Below are positions 1 to 7,723 of a stretch of 16,161 nt of DNA, piece after piece. Each line of letters begins with the position of its first letter. Position 1 is the stretch's first letter. The DNA is from a virus. Lineage: Duplodnaviria; Heunggongvirae; Uroviricota; Caudoviricetes. Made by a program: the position numbers and the translations under genes. The notes below the pieces were generated by a model, which worked only from the letters and a program-made list of their open reading frames with translations, ran no database searches and was not told the DNA's origin. The stretch is from positions 1 to 16,161 of the IMG/VR virus record IMGVR_UViG_2737471845_000010; one strand, given 5' to 3'.

Positions 1-655
1 CCGCCACACGTGCAAACAGCACCTGCAGTTTACTGTAATCGGCCTCATTCGGTAACTGCCACTGGCTGGTACCAAACCAGTGCGAAGCCATGTTTTTCTT
101 TCCGGTGGCTTCAGCTATCTGTTTTGACGTTATCCCCAGTGATTCACGCGCATCACGAAAGTAAGCAATCAGCGGGGCCATTACGTGCTGCTTAAGCTCG
201 CGCCCTTTTGCTGCATAACCGTCACTTTTGAGCTGGTATGACCCCTGATAATGTTCAGCAAACAGAATGCGCTCTGTTGCCGGGAAATATGCCCGTAAAC
301 TTTCCTTATTGCACCCGTTCCAGCGTCCGGACGGCTTCGCCCAGATAATGTGGTTCAACACATTAAAACGTTCACGCATCATGAGTTCGGTGTCAGATGC
401 CAGTCGATGACCACAGAACAGGTAAAGACTTCCGGCAGGCTTCAGTACCCGCCAGAACTGCGCCAGACACTGGTCCAGCCATTGCAGGTAATCATCATCG
501 CCCTTCCACTGGTTATCCCAGCCCTCAGGCTTCACTTTAAAGTATGGCGGGTCTGTGACTATCAGATCGACGGAGTTTTCCGGTAAGGTCCGGATAAATT
601 CCAGGCAATCAGCGTTGATTAACTCACAACTGGATATTTTTACAGTATTAGCCAT
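1..655 (-). CDS. DNA methyltransferase with DPPY motif (N6-adenine/N4-cytosine class, phage Dam-like); 3' end lies beyond the window start
   Basis: Reverse-strand reading frame open from ATG at 655 to the window edge with no stops (not in the ORF track because it has no in-window stop). Translation begins MANTVKISSCELINADCLEFIRTLPENSVDLIVTDPPYF, showing the DPPY catalytic motif and an upstream SAM-binding-like segment. Plus-strand ORFs 10..195 and 350..586 are antisense to it. Confidence 0.85.
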   Translation of the reverse strand, partial: MANTVKISSCELINADCLEFIRTLPENSVDLIVTDPPYFKVKPEGWDNQWKGDDDYLQWLDQCLAQFWRVLKPAGSLYLFCGHRLASDTELMMRERFNVLNHIIWAKPSGRWNGCNKESLRAYFPATERILFAEHYQGSYQLKSDGYAAKGRELKQHVMAPLIAYFRDARESLGITSKQIAEATGKKNMASHWFGTSQWQLPNEADYSKLQVLFARVA

Positions 656-805
656 AGATCAGTAAGCACTTCTCTGATAGGCTCATACCGCTTTTGCGCA
701 AAGCAGATGGGCCTGAGGTTTGCTTGTGATCCCAACGCATGAGCAGATGGCTGGCAGGTGCCGCTAACACCCACCAGCCGCCCATTACCACAAATTAAAA
801 AGCCT

Positions 806-1003
806 TCACTGCGGAAGGCGTCTGTAACAACCGAACTGATAATCTGCCAGACCCGCCATAACAAGCTGGGTCAGTATTAACTGGCAGCGTTCGCGTGAAA
901 GGTAAGTATTCTGCGCAATTTCCCCGACGGTCGCCGGTTCGGTGACGCTTAATTCATTAAACACCACTCTGGCGGTTTTGGTCATATCCTGCTGTTTTAG
1001 CAT
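806..1003 (-). CDS. small (65 aa) putative winged-helix DNA-binding protein, possibly FaeA/PapI-like
   Basis: ATG at 1003 preceded by AGGGA about 8 nt upstream; ends at TGA 806..808. The sequence (…ATVGEIAQNTYLSRERCQLILTQLVMAG…) resembles a small wHTH regulator. The longer tracked ORF up to 1225 is read-through of AT-rich non-coding DNA. Confidence 0.45.
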   Translation of the reverse strand: MLKQQDMTKTARVVFNELSVTEPATVGEIAQNTYLSRERCQLILTQLVMAGLADYQFGCYRRLPQ

Positions 1004-1228
1004 GTCTTTTTCCCTATTCCGGTTAACGTGACATACCAATAACTCTTGTCTGAAAAGCCAGCAAGCTGAAAAACCGGTATTCGTAACCACCAGCGCGTTT
1101 AACGTACTGCACCACTTTTCGGGCACAAAAAACCCGCCTAACGGCGAGCTTAAGCTGTGTAGCGAAGTAACCACTCTTAACACACTAAGCGAAAAAATGC
1201 GGACCGCGTTAGTGATTTTTAGCAAGTT

Positions 1229-1259
1229 TTGCTTTATTTTTCCTACGTACAGTAAAAAT
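1229..1259 (+). promoter_or_regulatory. candidate sigma70-type promoter for the 336-aa gene (TTGCTT, ~18 bp spacer, TAAAAA)
   Basis: AT-rich divergent intergenic region 1004..1320; hexamers read by eye only. Confidence 0.25.
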
Positions 1260-1320
1260 AAGAAATCAATTCCAGCCAGGCTGGCTGAGTTAACACAGGT
1301 CTTAGAATGAGGGAACTTCT

Positions 1321-2331
1321 TTGTACGAAATACATTACGACGTTGAGTCTGAACAGCAAGCTTTTGAATTACTTGAACGTTACCTAAACGGACAAGCTTT
1401 ACCCGAAAAAATTAGTTTCAATGGTTGGCCAAGTCTAACCATCAGGTTGACTGGTGAAAAATTCAACAAATCACTCACACCTTCAGTTATGAAAGGATTT
1501 GTTGAAATGCAATCGCAACTCAATAAGTCTTATGCGCTAGCAAAGTTCGGAACTCCTGATGTCCGCAGGCTAACAAAAGAAGAACTTGATGCTTTAGAAA
1601 TTGAAGTTACAGTAGAGCAAGGTTCATCTCTTGTAGAGATTAACATTGATGGCTTCCTAAGCAAGCTTACGCACGAACTGGTAGGGAAAATGAACGCCAC
1701 AGAGATTGTATTTACGGTTCTCGGTGCTGCCGTTATATGGGGCGGTGTAACCGTCTTCAAACGCTATCTGGATAACCGTAAAGATACTCGGTTGGCTGAA
1801 ATTGCTAAAGAAGGCGACAAAGAACACCTACGCGCAATGCAAGTGATGACACAGGAGGAAACAAAACGCCTCCAAATCATCTCAGAAATGGTGGCTAAAA
1901 AACCTCTACTCGACAATATGGATCGAATGTCTTATGACGCTAAAACCACCATGGTTAAATCTTTCGTGCGTTCAGATTCAGCAGAAATTGACGGTGTCAC
2001 AATAGATTCAGAAACGGCAAAAGAGCTAGTAACAAATGCTCGTCGGCGCTCAGTTGAAATGAGAATAGACGGTATATACCGTATCGAAGAAGTGAATAAT
2101 ACCGACCCCGAAAGCTTCAAAGTTAAGGTTCGAAAGGTCGATTCTGATCAACGTTTGACCTGCGTTGTTCAGGATATATTCCTTGATGAATCAGGGAACA
2201 AAGAAGCCTTACAGCGAGCTGAATGGGAAAGAAAGCCTGTGCATTTAAGCATCAATGCCAAACACATTGATGGAGATATCAAGTCCGCCGTAATTTTACA
2301 TGTGAAAGATGTTGAAGATAAGCCCGAGTAA
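1321..2331 (+). CDS. hypothetical 336-aa protein with one central transmembrane segment; AT-rich inserted accessory gene of unknown function
   Basis: Long ORF with TTG start preceded by GAGGGAA; no in-frame ATG further upstream. Central hydrophobic stretch IVFTVLGAAVIWGGVTVF followed by a basic patch KRYLDNRK. The DNA is visibly more AT-rich than the flanking prophage genes. Convergent with Q. No recognisable catalytic motif. Confidence 0.7.
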   Translation: MYEIHYDVESEQQAFELLERYLNGQALPEKISFNGWPSLTIRLTGEKFNKSLTPSVMKGFVEMQSQLNKSYALAKFGTPDVRRLTKEELDALEIEVTVEQGSSLVEINIDGFLSKLTHELVGKMNATEIVFTVLGAAVIWGGVTVFKRYLDNRKDTRLAEIAKEGDKEHLRAMQVMTQEETKRLQIISEMVAKKPLLDNMDRMSYDAKTTMVKSFVRSDSAEIDGVTIDSETAKELVTNARRRSVEMRIDGIYRIEEVNNTDPESFKVKVRKVDSDQRLTCVVQDIFLDESGNKEALQRAEWERKPVHLSINAKHIDGDIKSAVILHVKDVEDKPE

Positions 2332-2350
2332 TCGGGCTGTCTGGTTTCAA
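2321..2350. terminator. hairpin AGCCCGA-gtaa-TCGGGCT overlapping the stop codon of the 336-aa gene, between convergent genes
   Basis: Perfect 7-bp inverted repeat at 2321..2338 followed by a moderately T-containing tract; lies between the 1321..2331 gene and the 3' end of Q. Confidence 0.4.
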
Positions 2351-2727
2351 GATTCCACTTCGGCATCCATTTCTAAACTTACATCCAACATACTCAGGCA
2401 ACCGTCGATAAACCCTTCAGCCATCTGTATCTCTATACGTATCAATTTCTCATCCTTCCAACGCGCCTTTGCAATCTTGCGCTTGGATATCCTGTATAAA
2501 TAATGTGCCACAAGAAGCGAATGCTCATAAGGCCTTTTTTGCTTTAAACAAGCAAGACAACCTTCAATAATTAATGCGTCACTATCTGAACAAGCCAGGC
2601 GTTTCTTACTGGTATAGGGCAGAAGTCCCTTAAACCCGGCAGCTATAGGTGAATAGTCCACACCCGAGCTATCACTAGCCGCCCATGCCCCCCAACGCTC
2701 AAGAACCATCTGAATATCACGCGCCAT
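2347..2727 (-). CDS. late-gene antiterminator Q (phage 21/82/DLP12 QuuD-like family)
   Basis: Translation MARDIQMVLERWGAWAA…IAAGFKGLL… matches my recollection of Q-family proteins of about 127 aa. ATG at 2727 preceded by GGTGG. Sits immediately downstream of rusA, as in the DLP12-type nin region. Confidence 0.8.
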   Translation of the reverse strand: MARDIQMVLERWGAWAASDSSGVDYSPIAAGFKGLLPYTSKKRLACSDSDALIIEGCLACLKQKRPYEHSLLVAHYLYRISKRKIAKARWKDEKLIRIEIQMAEGFIDGCLSMLDVSLEMDAEVES

Positions 2728-3088
2728 CGTTACCACCTGTAATTTCGTAAATCTTCACACCCAGCCGACCACCAGGTACGCGCTGACCGCGCACAATATT
2801 AATTTCATCAAACTGCTCGTCGTCGATAAGCAACCCCGCATGTGTCAGTGCATCCAGTGGTGCTTTCAGAATATTGTCCAGGTCACGACGGCGCTTATCC
2901 GGTGGCTCTGCAGTAATTTTTATTGCCAGCCTTCCGGACAGATTTAATTTCAGCCGCTGCTGGCGAACAATGAGCGCCACATCACGGCGATAACGCTCAC
3001 CGGCTTTTGATACAAAATATGTGCTGCCACGACGTCGCCAGTAGGTGTTTACCGTCGGCGGGTAAGGCAAAACAAACTCTATACGCAT
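2717..3088 (-). CDS. rusA: RusA-family Holliday junction resolvase
   Basis: Translation MRIEFVLPYPPTVNTYWRRRG…DKRRRDLDNILKAPLDALTHAGLLIDDEQ… carries the RusA hallmark segments (PPS/TVN…Y; RRRDLDN; DAL…AG…DD). RBS AGAGG 7 nt upstream of ATG 3088. Confidence 0.9.
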   Translation of the reverse strand: MRIEFVLPYPPTVNTYWRRRGSTYFVSKAGERYRRDVALIVRQQRLKLNLSGRLAIKITAEPPDKRRRDLDNILKAPLDALTHAGLLIDDEQFDEINIVRGQRVPGGRLGVKIYEITGGNDGA

Positions 3089-3100
3089 CAGTAACCTCTT

Positions 3101-4150
3101 TTACCCGAGCACGCCGGTTGCAAAGGCGTGATCAAGAAAACGAAAAATTAAATCAACCTGGGAACCATGCTTTTCTTCGAACGCCAGCGGATCCGCATGA
3201 AGTTCGTTGTGATGTTCCCGGCATAACGGTAGCGTGAAAATATCGTGGGATTTTGTTCCCATTCCGCCCTGACCATGACCAATCAGGTGATGGGGATCGT
3301 CGGCTGGCTTACCACAGCACGCACACGGCTGTGTCTTTACCCAGCGTGTATATTTCTCATTTATCCAACGGCGACGTTTAGGTCGCTTCATGAAAGATTC
3401 CGGAGACTCCGGATCTACGGCAATGCTGACCACCGTCTTTTCCTGTGGTGCGTTCTGTTGCTGGTGGGCGTGAGGTGGTAGCGCAATATTTTTTGTGCGC
3501 TGCTTCAGTATGCTGGTAGCTGTCTGCTCTCCCGGTACGATGTCGCTTTCGCGGTACAGGGAACGGATTTTTTCCACCGGTAATCCCAGCGAACGGCGTA
3601 ATACTGCTTCCGGTAGCGCGTCCGCCACCTGATTGCAGACCGCCCACCAGGATAATTCAGCCAGCGATAACTCCCGCTCCTGCGTGCCATTCATTGCGTG
3701 ACGGATGACGTCAATCATCCAGGCTGTCAGATTTTGATGAGCAAGTTGCTCTAGCGATTCCGAGGTCTGGTCGCGCAGTTGATTGTCACAGTGCCAGCAC
3801 AACACCATCGCGCCGGTACCGTAACGATGTATGACGATTTCACTGTGATGATAGTCACCATGAGGCCACTGGCAGGATTTGACATGACGCAGGAGCCAGT
3901 CAGATAGTGCACCAGCGCCGCCAGCAGCACGAATCACCCGCTCATCGCTGAAAAATGGCAGTAATGATTTATCTTCCGCCAGCGGCTGGCGAACGGCAGG
4001 AACAGCTCCGGACGGCAGACCGCGCATGTTTTTCGGTTCCGGCTCCACCAGCACTCGAGGGCTATGAAATACCTGCATGGATTCACGGCCAGGTTTAAGG
4101 ACCACCAGCCCAAGTTCCGGTACATGAACAGGTCGAAGCAATACCCGCAC
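3101..4150 (-). CDS. nin-region protein with C-terminal HNH-like zinc-binding motif (DUF968-like)
   Basis: 349-codon ORF; GTG start at 4150 preceded by GGAGG and coupled to the upstream gene's stop. C-terminus contains CACCGKPADDPHHLIGHGQGGMGTKSHD…PLCREHHNELH, a Cys/His-rich HNH-type pattern. Confidence 0.75.
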   Translation of the reverse strand: MRVLLRPVHVPELGLVVLKPGRESMQVFHSPRVLVEPEPKNMRGLPSGAVPAVRQPLAEDKSLLPFFSDERVIRAAGGAGALSDWLLRHVKSCQWPHGDYHHSEIVIHRYGTGAMVLCWHCDNQLRDQTSESLEQLAHQNLTAWMIDVIRHAMNGTQERELSLAELSWWAVCNQVADALPEAVLRRSLGLPVEKIRSLYRESDIVPGEQTATSILKQRTKNIALPPHAHQQQNAPQEKTVVSIAVDPESPESFMKRPKRRRWINEKYTRWVKTQPCACCGKPADDPHHLIGHGQGGMGTKSHDIFTLPLCREHHNELHADPLAFEEKHGSQVDLIFRFLDHAFATGVLG

Positions 4151-4151
4151 G

Positions 4152-4424
4152 TTACCTCCAGATGCGTTGCTGGAATGTGCGGGACGGACGCGGTGGGCGT
4201 TCAGAGTAAGGCAGTCTGACTGAGATTATCCAGTGTCGGAAGTCGAGGCTGAGGTCTTTCTGAAACTCGTAACCACGTCTGCGGTAGTTCTGAATTAGCC
4301 ACTCTGCCTGCTCTTCAGTGCATGGATCATGCTGGAACCAGTCGGTTTTAAATGCGCGCGAACGCCGCCCGTATCTGCTGGCAGGGGCGGTATCAGAATT
4401 GTGTAATTTGGTGTGGTGCGCCAT
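4152..4424 (-). CDS. hypothetical nin-region protein (start uncertain; may extend to TTG at 4478)
   Basis: ORF ends one base before the start of the HNH-like gene, suggesting translational coupling. First ATG is at 4424 (MAHHTKLHN…); the tracked ORF starts at TTG 4478. Neither start has a strong RBS. Confidence 0.45.
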   Translation of the reverse strand: MAHHTKLHNSDTAPASRYGRRSRAFKTDWFQHDPCTEEQAEWLIQNYRRRGYEFQKDLSLDFRHWIISVRLPYSERPPRPSRTFQQRIWR

Positions 4425-4605
4425 CTGTTTTCTCTGCTGGCGCAGCAGGTGCCAGTTGTTCAGGCTGGCGTGCGGCAATATTGTCTCTGATTTCTGTTGT
4501 CGTCAACCGCTTCTGTGCTTCCTCTCTTGATGAGTGAAGCGATTAACTTTACTATTTACTTAACAGGTTTTTCCTGTACCACGATTCCCTATACAGGAGG
4601 CCAGC

Positions 4606-4896
4606 ATGAGTGACGACAAAAAAATTGAGTTCAGCACCAGCGATGTGCTGAATGCTTTGTTGCATCGCCAGCAGAACATGCAACACCTGGCAACACAAGA
4701 AAACGTTGATAACCTCCGTCGTGAGATGGATACACGCCTGAACGTTATAGATAAGCGCCTCGACAAAATGGAGCAAGAAACCGAAAGACGGTTCAACAAG
4801 CTGGAAACCAAGTTTGATCGACTCCAGTGGTTTATTGTTGCTGCAGCTCTGGCTCTCATCTTCAAGGATTACATCTTCAGAATTATTGGTGCTTAG
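4606..4896 (+). CDS. small coiled-coil protein with C-terminal membrane anchor (96 aa), opposite in orientation to the surrounding operon
   Basis: Strong RBS AGGAGG 6 nt upstream of ATG. Charged heptad-like N-terminal region followed by the hydrophobic C-terminal stretch WFIVAAALALIF. Immediately followed by a terminator. Confidence 0.7.
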   Translation: MSDDKKIEFSTSDVLNALLHRQQNMQHLATQENVDNLRREMDTRLNVIDKRLDKMEQETERRFNKLETKFDRLQWFIVAAALALIFKDYIFRIIGA

Positions 4897-4901
4897 TAAA
4901 T

Positions 4902-4929
4902 CCGGCCCCGTTTTCGGGGCTGTCTTTTC
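4902..4929 (+). terminator. rho-independent terminator downstream of the 4606..4896 gene
   Basis: GC stem (G)GCCCCG-tttt-CGGGGC(C) followed by a T-rich tract (tgtcttttc). Confidence 0.6.
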
Positions 4930-5089
4930 ACATCTGCATCAGACTTTCCACCAACTTTTTATTGCCAGCTCCTGAAATCTGATCTACCTTATGCGCGTCA
5001 GAACGGCGCAATGCGCTCGCCTGTGATACGTTTACTTGTCATTGGTGGCAACAGATAACGGCAATTGTTGTTTCTGTTTGTTTCCTTCA

Positions 5090-5124
5090 AAAACCCCGGA
5101 CCGTCAATCCGGGGTTTTTGTTTG
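5090..5124. terminator. bidirectional rho-independent terminator (tR-like) ending the minus-strand early block
   Basis: AAAAACCCCGGA-ccgtcaa-TCCGGGGTTTTTG: perfect 7-bp GC-rich stem flanked by an A-run on one side and a T-run on the other, so it reads as an intrinsic terminator on both strands. Confidence 0.65.
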
Positions 5125-5204
5125 TTATCCCCAGCGGCAAATCGAATACACCATCAGCGCCACCGCCATCGCAATTCCTGCCGTTGTGAATGCTTCAGGC
5201 CAGG

Positions 5205-5567
5205 TCATCGTAAAATATCCTCCACGCTTATCAGTCCGTTTCGCTCCAGGTAGTCCATCACCTTATCCGGCAGTTTGCAGTCCGGCTTCGCTTTCCTCAG
5301 TTGCCAGGTTAACTGCTTTACCTGCATGGTTAACTCGTCGACCAGACGCTGATACCCCACTGGTTTGTATTCATAAAATTTACCAACTGGCGCTGCTGCC
5401 AGCGATTGCAGTGCAATTTCCAGAACAGCAATATCCATCTTATATGCGCGAATGAGGTCATGGTCGATTGTACCTGGTATGCACAGTCTCTGTGATTCAA
5501 TAGTCTCCTCTGCGTGGGCTATTAACTGCTCTTTGGTAAACCGTTCTTCTTTGGTCAAAGTCGCCAT
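5205..5567 (-). CDS. hypothetical early protein (120 aa)
   Basis: ATG at 5567 overlaps the stop of the upstream small gene; GGAAGAG upstream. No recognised motif. Confidence 0.65.
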   Translation of the reverse strand: MATLTKEERFTKEQLIAHAEETIESQRLCIPGTIDHDLIRAYKMDIAVLEIALQSLAAAPVGKFYEYKPVGYQRLVDELTMQVKQLTWQLRKAKPDCKLPDKVMDYLERNGLISVEDILR

Positions 5568-5568
5568 T

Positions 5569-5742
5569 TTACTCTTCCACTTCGTCTTTTATTTCGTAAA
5601 TTGAGTAATTGCAGTGATTAAAGAAAACATCAATTGCCTCGTTTTCTATTTCCTCAGGAGTCGCGTCATCATCCACTTCAAATACATCTTCACGCACGCC
5701 ACCAACAATCCTCGTTTCGATAACTATTTTGAATTTTCGCAT
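5569..5742 (-). CDS. small acidic hypothetical protein (57 aa), below the ORF-track size cutoff
   Basis: Hand translation [65 protein letters not shown] upstream of ATG 5742; fills the gap between neighbouring genes. Confidence 0.5.
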   Translation of the reverse strand: MRKFKIVIETRIVGGVREDVFEVDDDATPEEIENEAIDVFFNHCNYSIYEIKDEVEE

Positions 5743-5832
5743 TGTCTTACCACCATTTCTGGCAGTCTCCTGATGTTCTGAGGGTGCAGAAATCCCTCCG
5801 GTTAAGGATTTTATTTTCGATAATAATATTGG

Positions 5833-6189
5833 TTATTCTGGTCTGGTTTTTGTCGCCCTGCGTATCCGCGCTTTCACATTGCGCTCAATCTGAATTAGCT
5901 TTTCTATATTTTTACGTCTTTCCCGTTCCTCCTGACGCAATTGTTTTACATCATCTGCCAGTCTGGTTTCTCTTTTCGCCACAGAGAGCATCCAGTCAAA
6001 TGGCTCCACAACTGCACCGCAGATTTTACAACGGACATGACGCTCTTTTTCATCAACCCTGACAGAGGCGTGATGGCAATATGGTTTCTCCGATGGCTCA
6101 TAAAGAAAATTAACCTGATTACGTGGGTCATCCTCTTTTACCGGAAATAAAACAATATTACTTAACTCATCTTCTGGTTTTATTTCCAC
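5833..6189 (-). CDS. hypothetical protein with zinc-ribbon-like motif (CHH…C-x2-C)
   Basis: GTG start at 6189 preceded by AAAGGAGA; the longer tracked ORF (to 6264) would overlap the upstream gene. Contains PYCHHASVRVDEKERHVRCKICGAV. Confidence 0.6.
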   Translation of the reverse strand: MEIKPEDELSNIVLFPVKEDDPRNQVNFLYEPSEKPYCHHASVRVDEKERHVRCKICGAVVEPFDWMLSVAKRETRLADDVKQLRQEERERRKNIEKLIQIERNVKARIRRATKTRPE

Positions 6190-6190
6190 G

Positions 6191-6520
6191 TCACTCTCCT
6201 TTGATGCGAATACCTGCAACACGCAGTGCATGCTCCAAATCAGCCAGATAAAGCCAGCGCCCATGCTCTTTGGGCATCATGACATATTGCTCATCGGCAT
6301 TTATCGGATGACCCCTTCGAAGGTCATAGCAAGTCGGTAAATGCACTGCCCTTGCTTCCAGCTCTGCAATGCGTTTATCTCTGGCTTCCAGTTCGTCCAG
6401 TAACGCCAGCACAACCTGCGGTGTGACTTTCATGCGAAACGCCAGCAGTTTCTGAGGTGTGGACACTGTTTTTATTGCCTCTGCCACATCACGCAACGCC
6501 TGGTTGTTAATCTGATTCAC
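6191..6520 (-). CDS. hypothetical early protein with coiled-coil segment (109 aa)
   Basis: GTG start at 6520 with GAGGTG RBS; start overlaps the stop of the upstream gene (GTGA). LLDELEARDKRIAELEA heptad-like segment. Confidence 0.65.
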   Translation of the reverse strand: MNQINNQALRDVAEAIKTVSTPQKLLAFRMKVTPQVVLALLDELEARDKRIAELEARAVHLPTCYDLRRGHPINADEQYVMMPKEHGRWLYLADLEHALRVAGIRIKGE

Positions 6521-6831
6521 TGCGTCACCTCACGATTCCTCAACCAGATACAAACCGGTCCATCCTCGGTGTCATGAATGGAGCCAATAAACCAGCCCTC
6601 ACCCTCTGGTCGTTCAGGTTCCCATGCGGAAATATCGGGACCATCTGCATCCGGGTTAAAATCATCTTCATCCATACTGCGAATAGTCCACTGAAGATTA
6701 TTTGCCTTCATCCAGGCGTTAAATTCTTCCGTCGAAATATACTCCCGGCCATCACAAAATTTTTCATATTCAGGATGCGTCCAGCAGCCATATTCATCAC
6801 GTTCTACCGGCAGTTCTTTGATTTCAATCAT
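6517..6831 (-). CDS. hypothetical acidic early protein (104 aa)
   Basis: Internal ATG at 6831 preceded by GGAG at suitable spacing; the first ATG of the tracked ORF (6858) has no RBS. Confidence 0.6.
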   Translation of the reverse strand: MIEIKELPVERDEYGCWTHPEYEKFCDGREYISTEEFNAWMKANNLQWTIRSMDEDDFNPDADGPDISAWEPERPEGEGWFIGSIHDTEDGPVCIWLRNREVTQ

Positions 6832-6844
6832 AACATTAACTCCA

Positions 6845-7021
6845 TTAAGATAATGCAAAACAAATTAACCACACCACGACAACCGATGCTATTAACACCC
6901 TGATTGCAAACAGCGGGCTGATATGTCGAAAAGGATTTTCCCAGATAATAAAAGCCGCTGCCAGAAATGCACTGATAAGTAAAACAATAACAAACAGCTC
7001 AATTTTGATTATCCAGAACAT
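6845..7021 (-). CDS. small hydrophobic membrane protein (58 aa)
   Basis: Two predicted hydrophobic helices (IIKIELFVIVLLISAFLAAAFII and LFAIRVLIASVVVVWLICFAL); start overlaps the upstream stop. Confidence 0.45.
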   Translation of the reverse strand: MFWIIKIELFVIVLLISAFLAAAFIIWENPFRHISPLFAIRVLIASVVVVWLICFALS

Positions 7022-7023
7022 AT

Positions 7024-7320
7024 TCACTGCATCGCCTTCTGTAAAATAACCGCATGCCCCAGCTTCTCCGCCAGCGCCAGTTCTGCCTTAGCACCCGCCG
7101 ACCGCTGCCAGCCATTCAGCATGTAAATCGCATCCACGCAACGTATCATCGCCATGCAGATATCCATGTACTGCGACTGAGTCAGTCCGTCCGGAAGTAC
7201 TGCCGGGTTTAAGACGGTATGCCCTTCCCGTTTCAGTTCCTCTTCTGCCTTGTGGAACGCCTCACGGTTGAAATTTTTATACCCGGTCATCGGACCGGCG
7301 ATATAAACCCTCACCCTCAC
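7024..7320 (-). CDS. DUF4406-like protein (nucleoside 2-deoxyribosyltransferase-like fold)
   Basis: GTG start with strong AGGAGGTG RBS, overlapping the upstream stop. N-terminal RVYIAGPMTG…FN…AF motif typical of this family. Confidence 0.7.
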   Translation of the reverse strand: MRVRVYIAGPMTGYKNFNREAFHKAEEELKREGHTVLNPAVLPDGLTQSQYMDICMAMIRCVDAIYMLNGWQRSAGAKAELALAEKLGHAVILQKAMQ

Positions 7321-7709
7321 TCAATCACCTCCTGAAAATTACCCCGATAGAACGCCAGTACACGTTGCATTGATTCGCTGTTACGGCATTCCCGGCAAAT
7401 TATGTTCATGTCTCTGTCGTAGCGACGGATTTCACCATCAGGTAACTTCCGGACCAGTGCCGGGTCAGCTTTCTTCGGAGTTTTACACCACGCCTGATAC
7501 GCCTGTTCTGATACAAAAACACCGTGTTTACCGGATATGTACAAATCACCACAAGCAACCACATCCACAAGACAACGTCTGACCGTATGCCAGCCCGCCC
7601 CCGTTGCCCTCTCCAGTTGCGACATCGTCATGCGTTTGTTCCTGTGTATCAGCCCGATAATTCGCGCCTTCAGTTCTTCCCGCTGTTCGGGTGTAAAAAC
7701 GCTTGCCAT
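7317..7709 (-). CDS. hypothetical protein with predicted HTH segment (130 aa)
   Basis: AGGAGG RBS upstream of ATG 7709; segment MTMSQLERATGAGWHTVRRCL resembles a helix-turn-helix. Confidence 0.7.
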   Translation of the reverse strand: MASVFTPEQREELKARIIGLIHRNKRMTMSQLERATGAGWHTVRRCLVDVVACGDLYISGKHGVFVSEQAYQAWCKTPKKADPALVRKLPDGEIRRYDRDMNIICRECRNSESMQRVLAFYRGNFQEVIE

Positions 7710-7723
7710 GAGTCCTCCTGAAA

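Noticed and set aside
10-586. Plus-strand ORFs 10..195 and 350..586
   Set aside because: They lie antisense within the minus-strand DPPY methyltransferase reading frame, which has clear catalytic motifs. No RBS support.
640-864. Minus-strand ORF overlapping both the small wHTH-like gene and the methyltransferase start
   Set aside because: Begins with TTG without an RBS and overlaps two better-supported genes. Best read as an alternative frame or a frameshift remnant, not an independent gene.
1004-1225. N-terminal extension of ORF 806..1225
   Set aside because: The extension runs through AT-rich promoter-like DNA; a downstream ATG at 1003 has an RBS and gives a compact domain-sized protein.
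4318-4537. Plus-strand ORFs 4318..4530 and 4352..4537
   Set aside because: Cys/Arg-rich, overlap the minus-strand nin-region gene, and have no RBS.
5036-5455. Plus-strand ORFs 5036..5455 and 5065..5253
   Set aside because: They span the bidirectional terminator and run antisense to the minus-strand gene 5205..5567; an artefact of the open frame.
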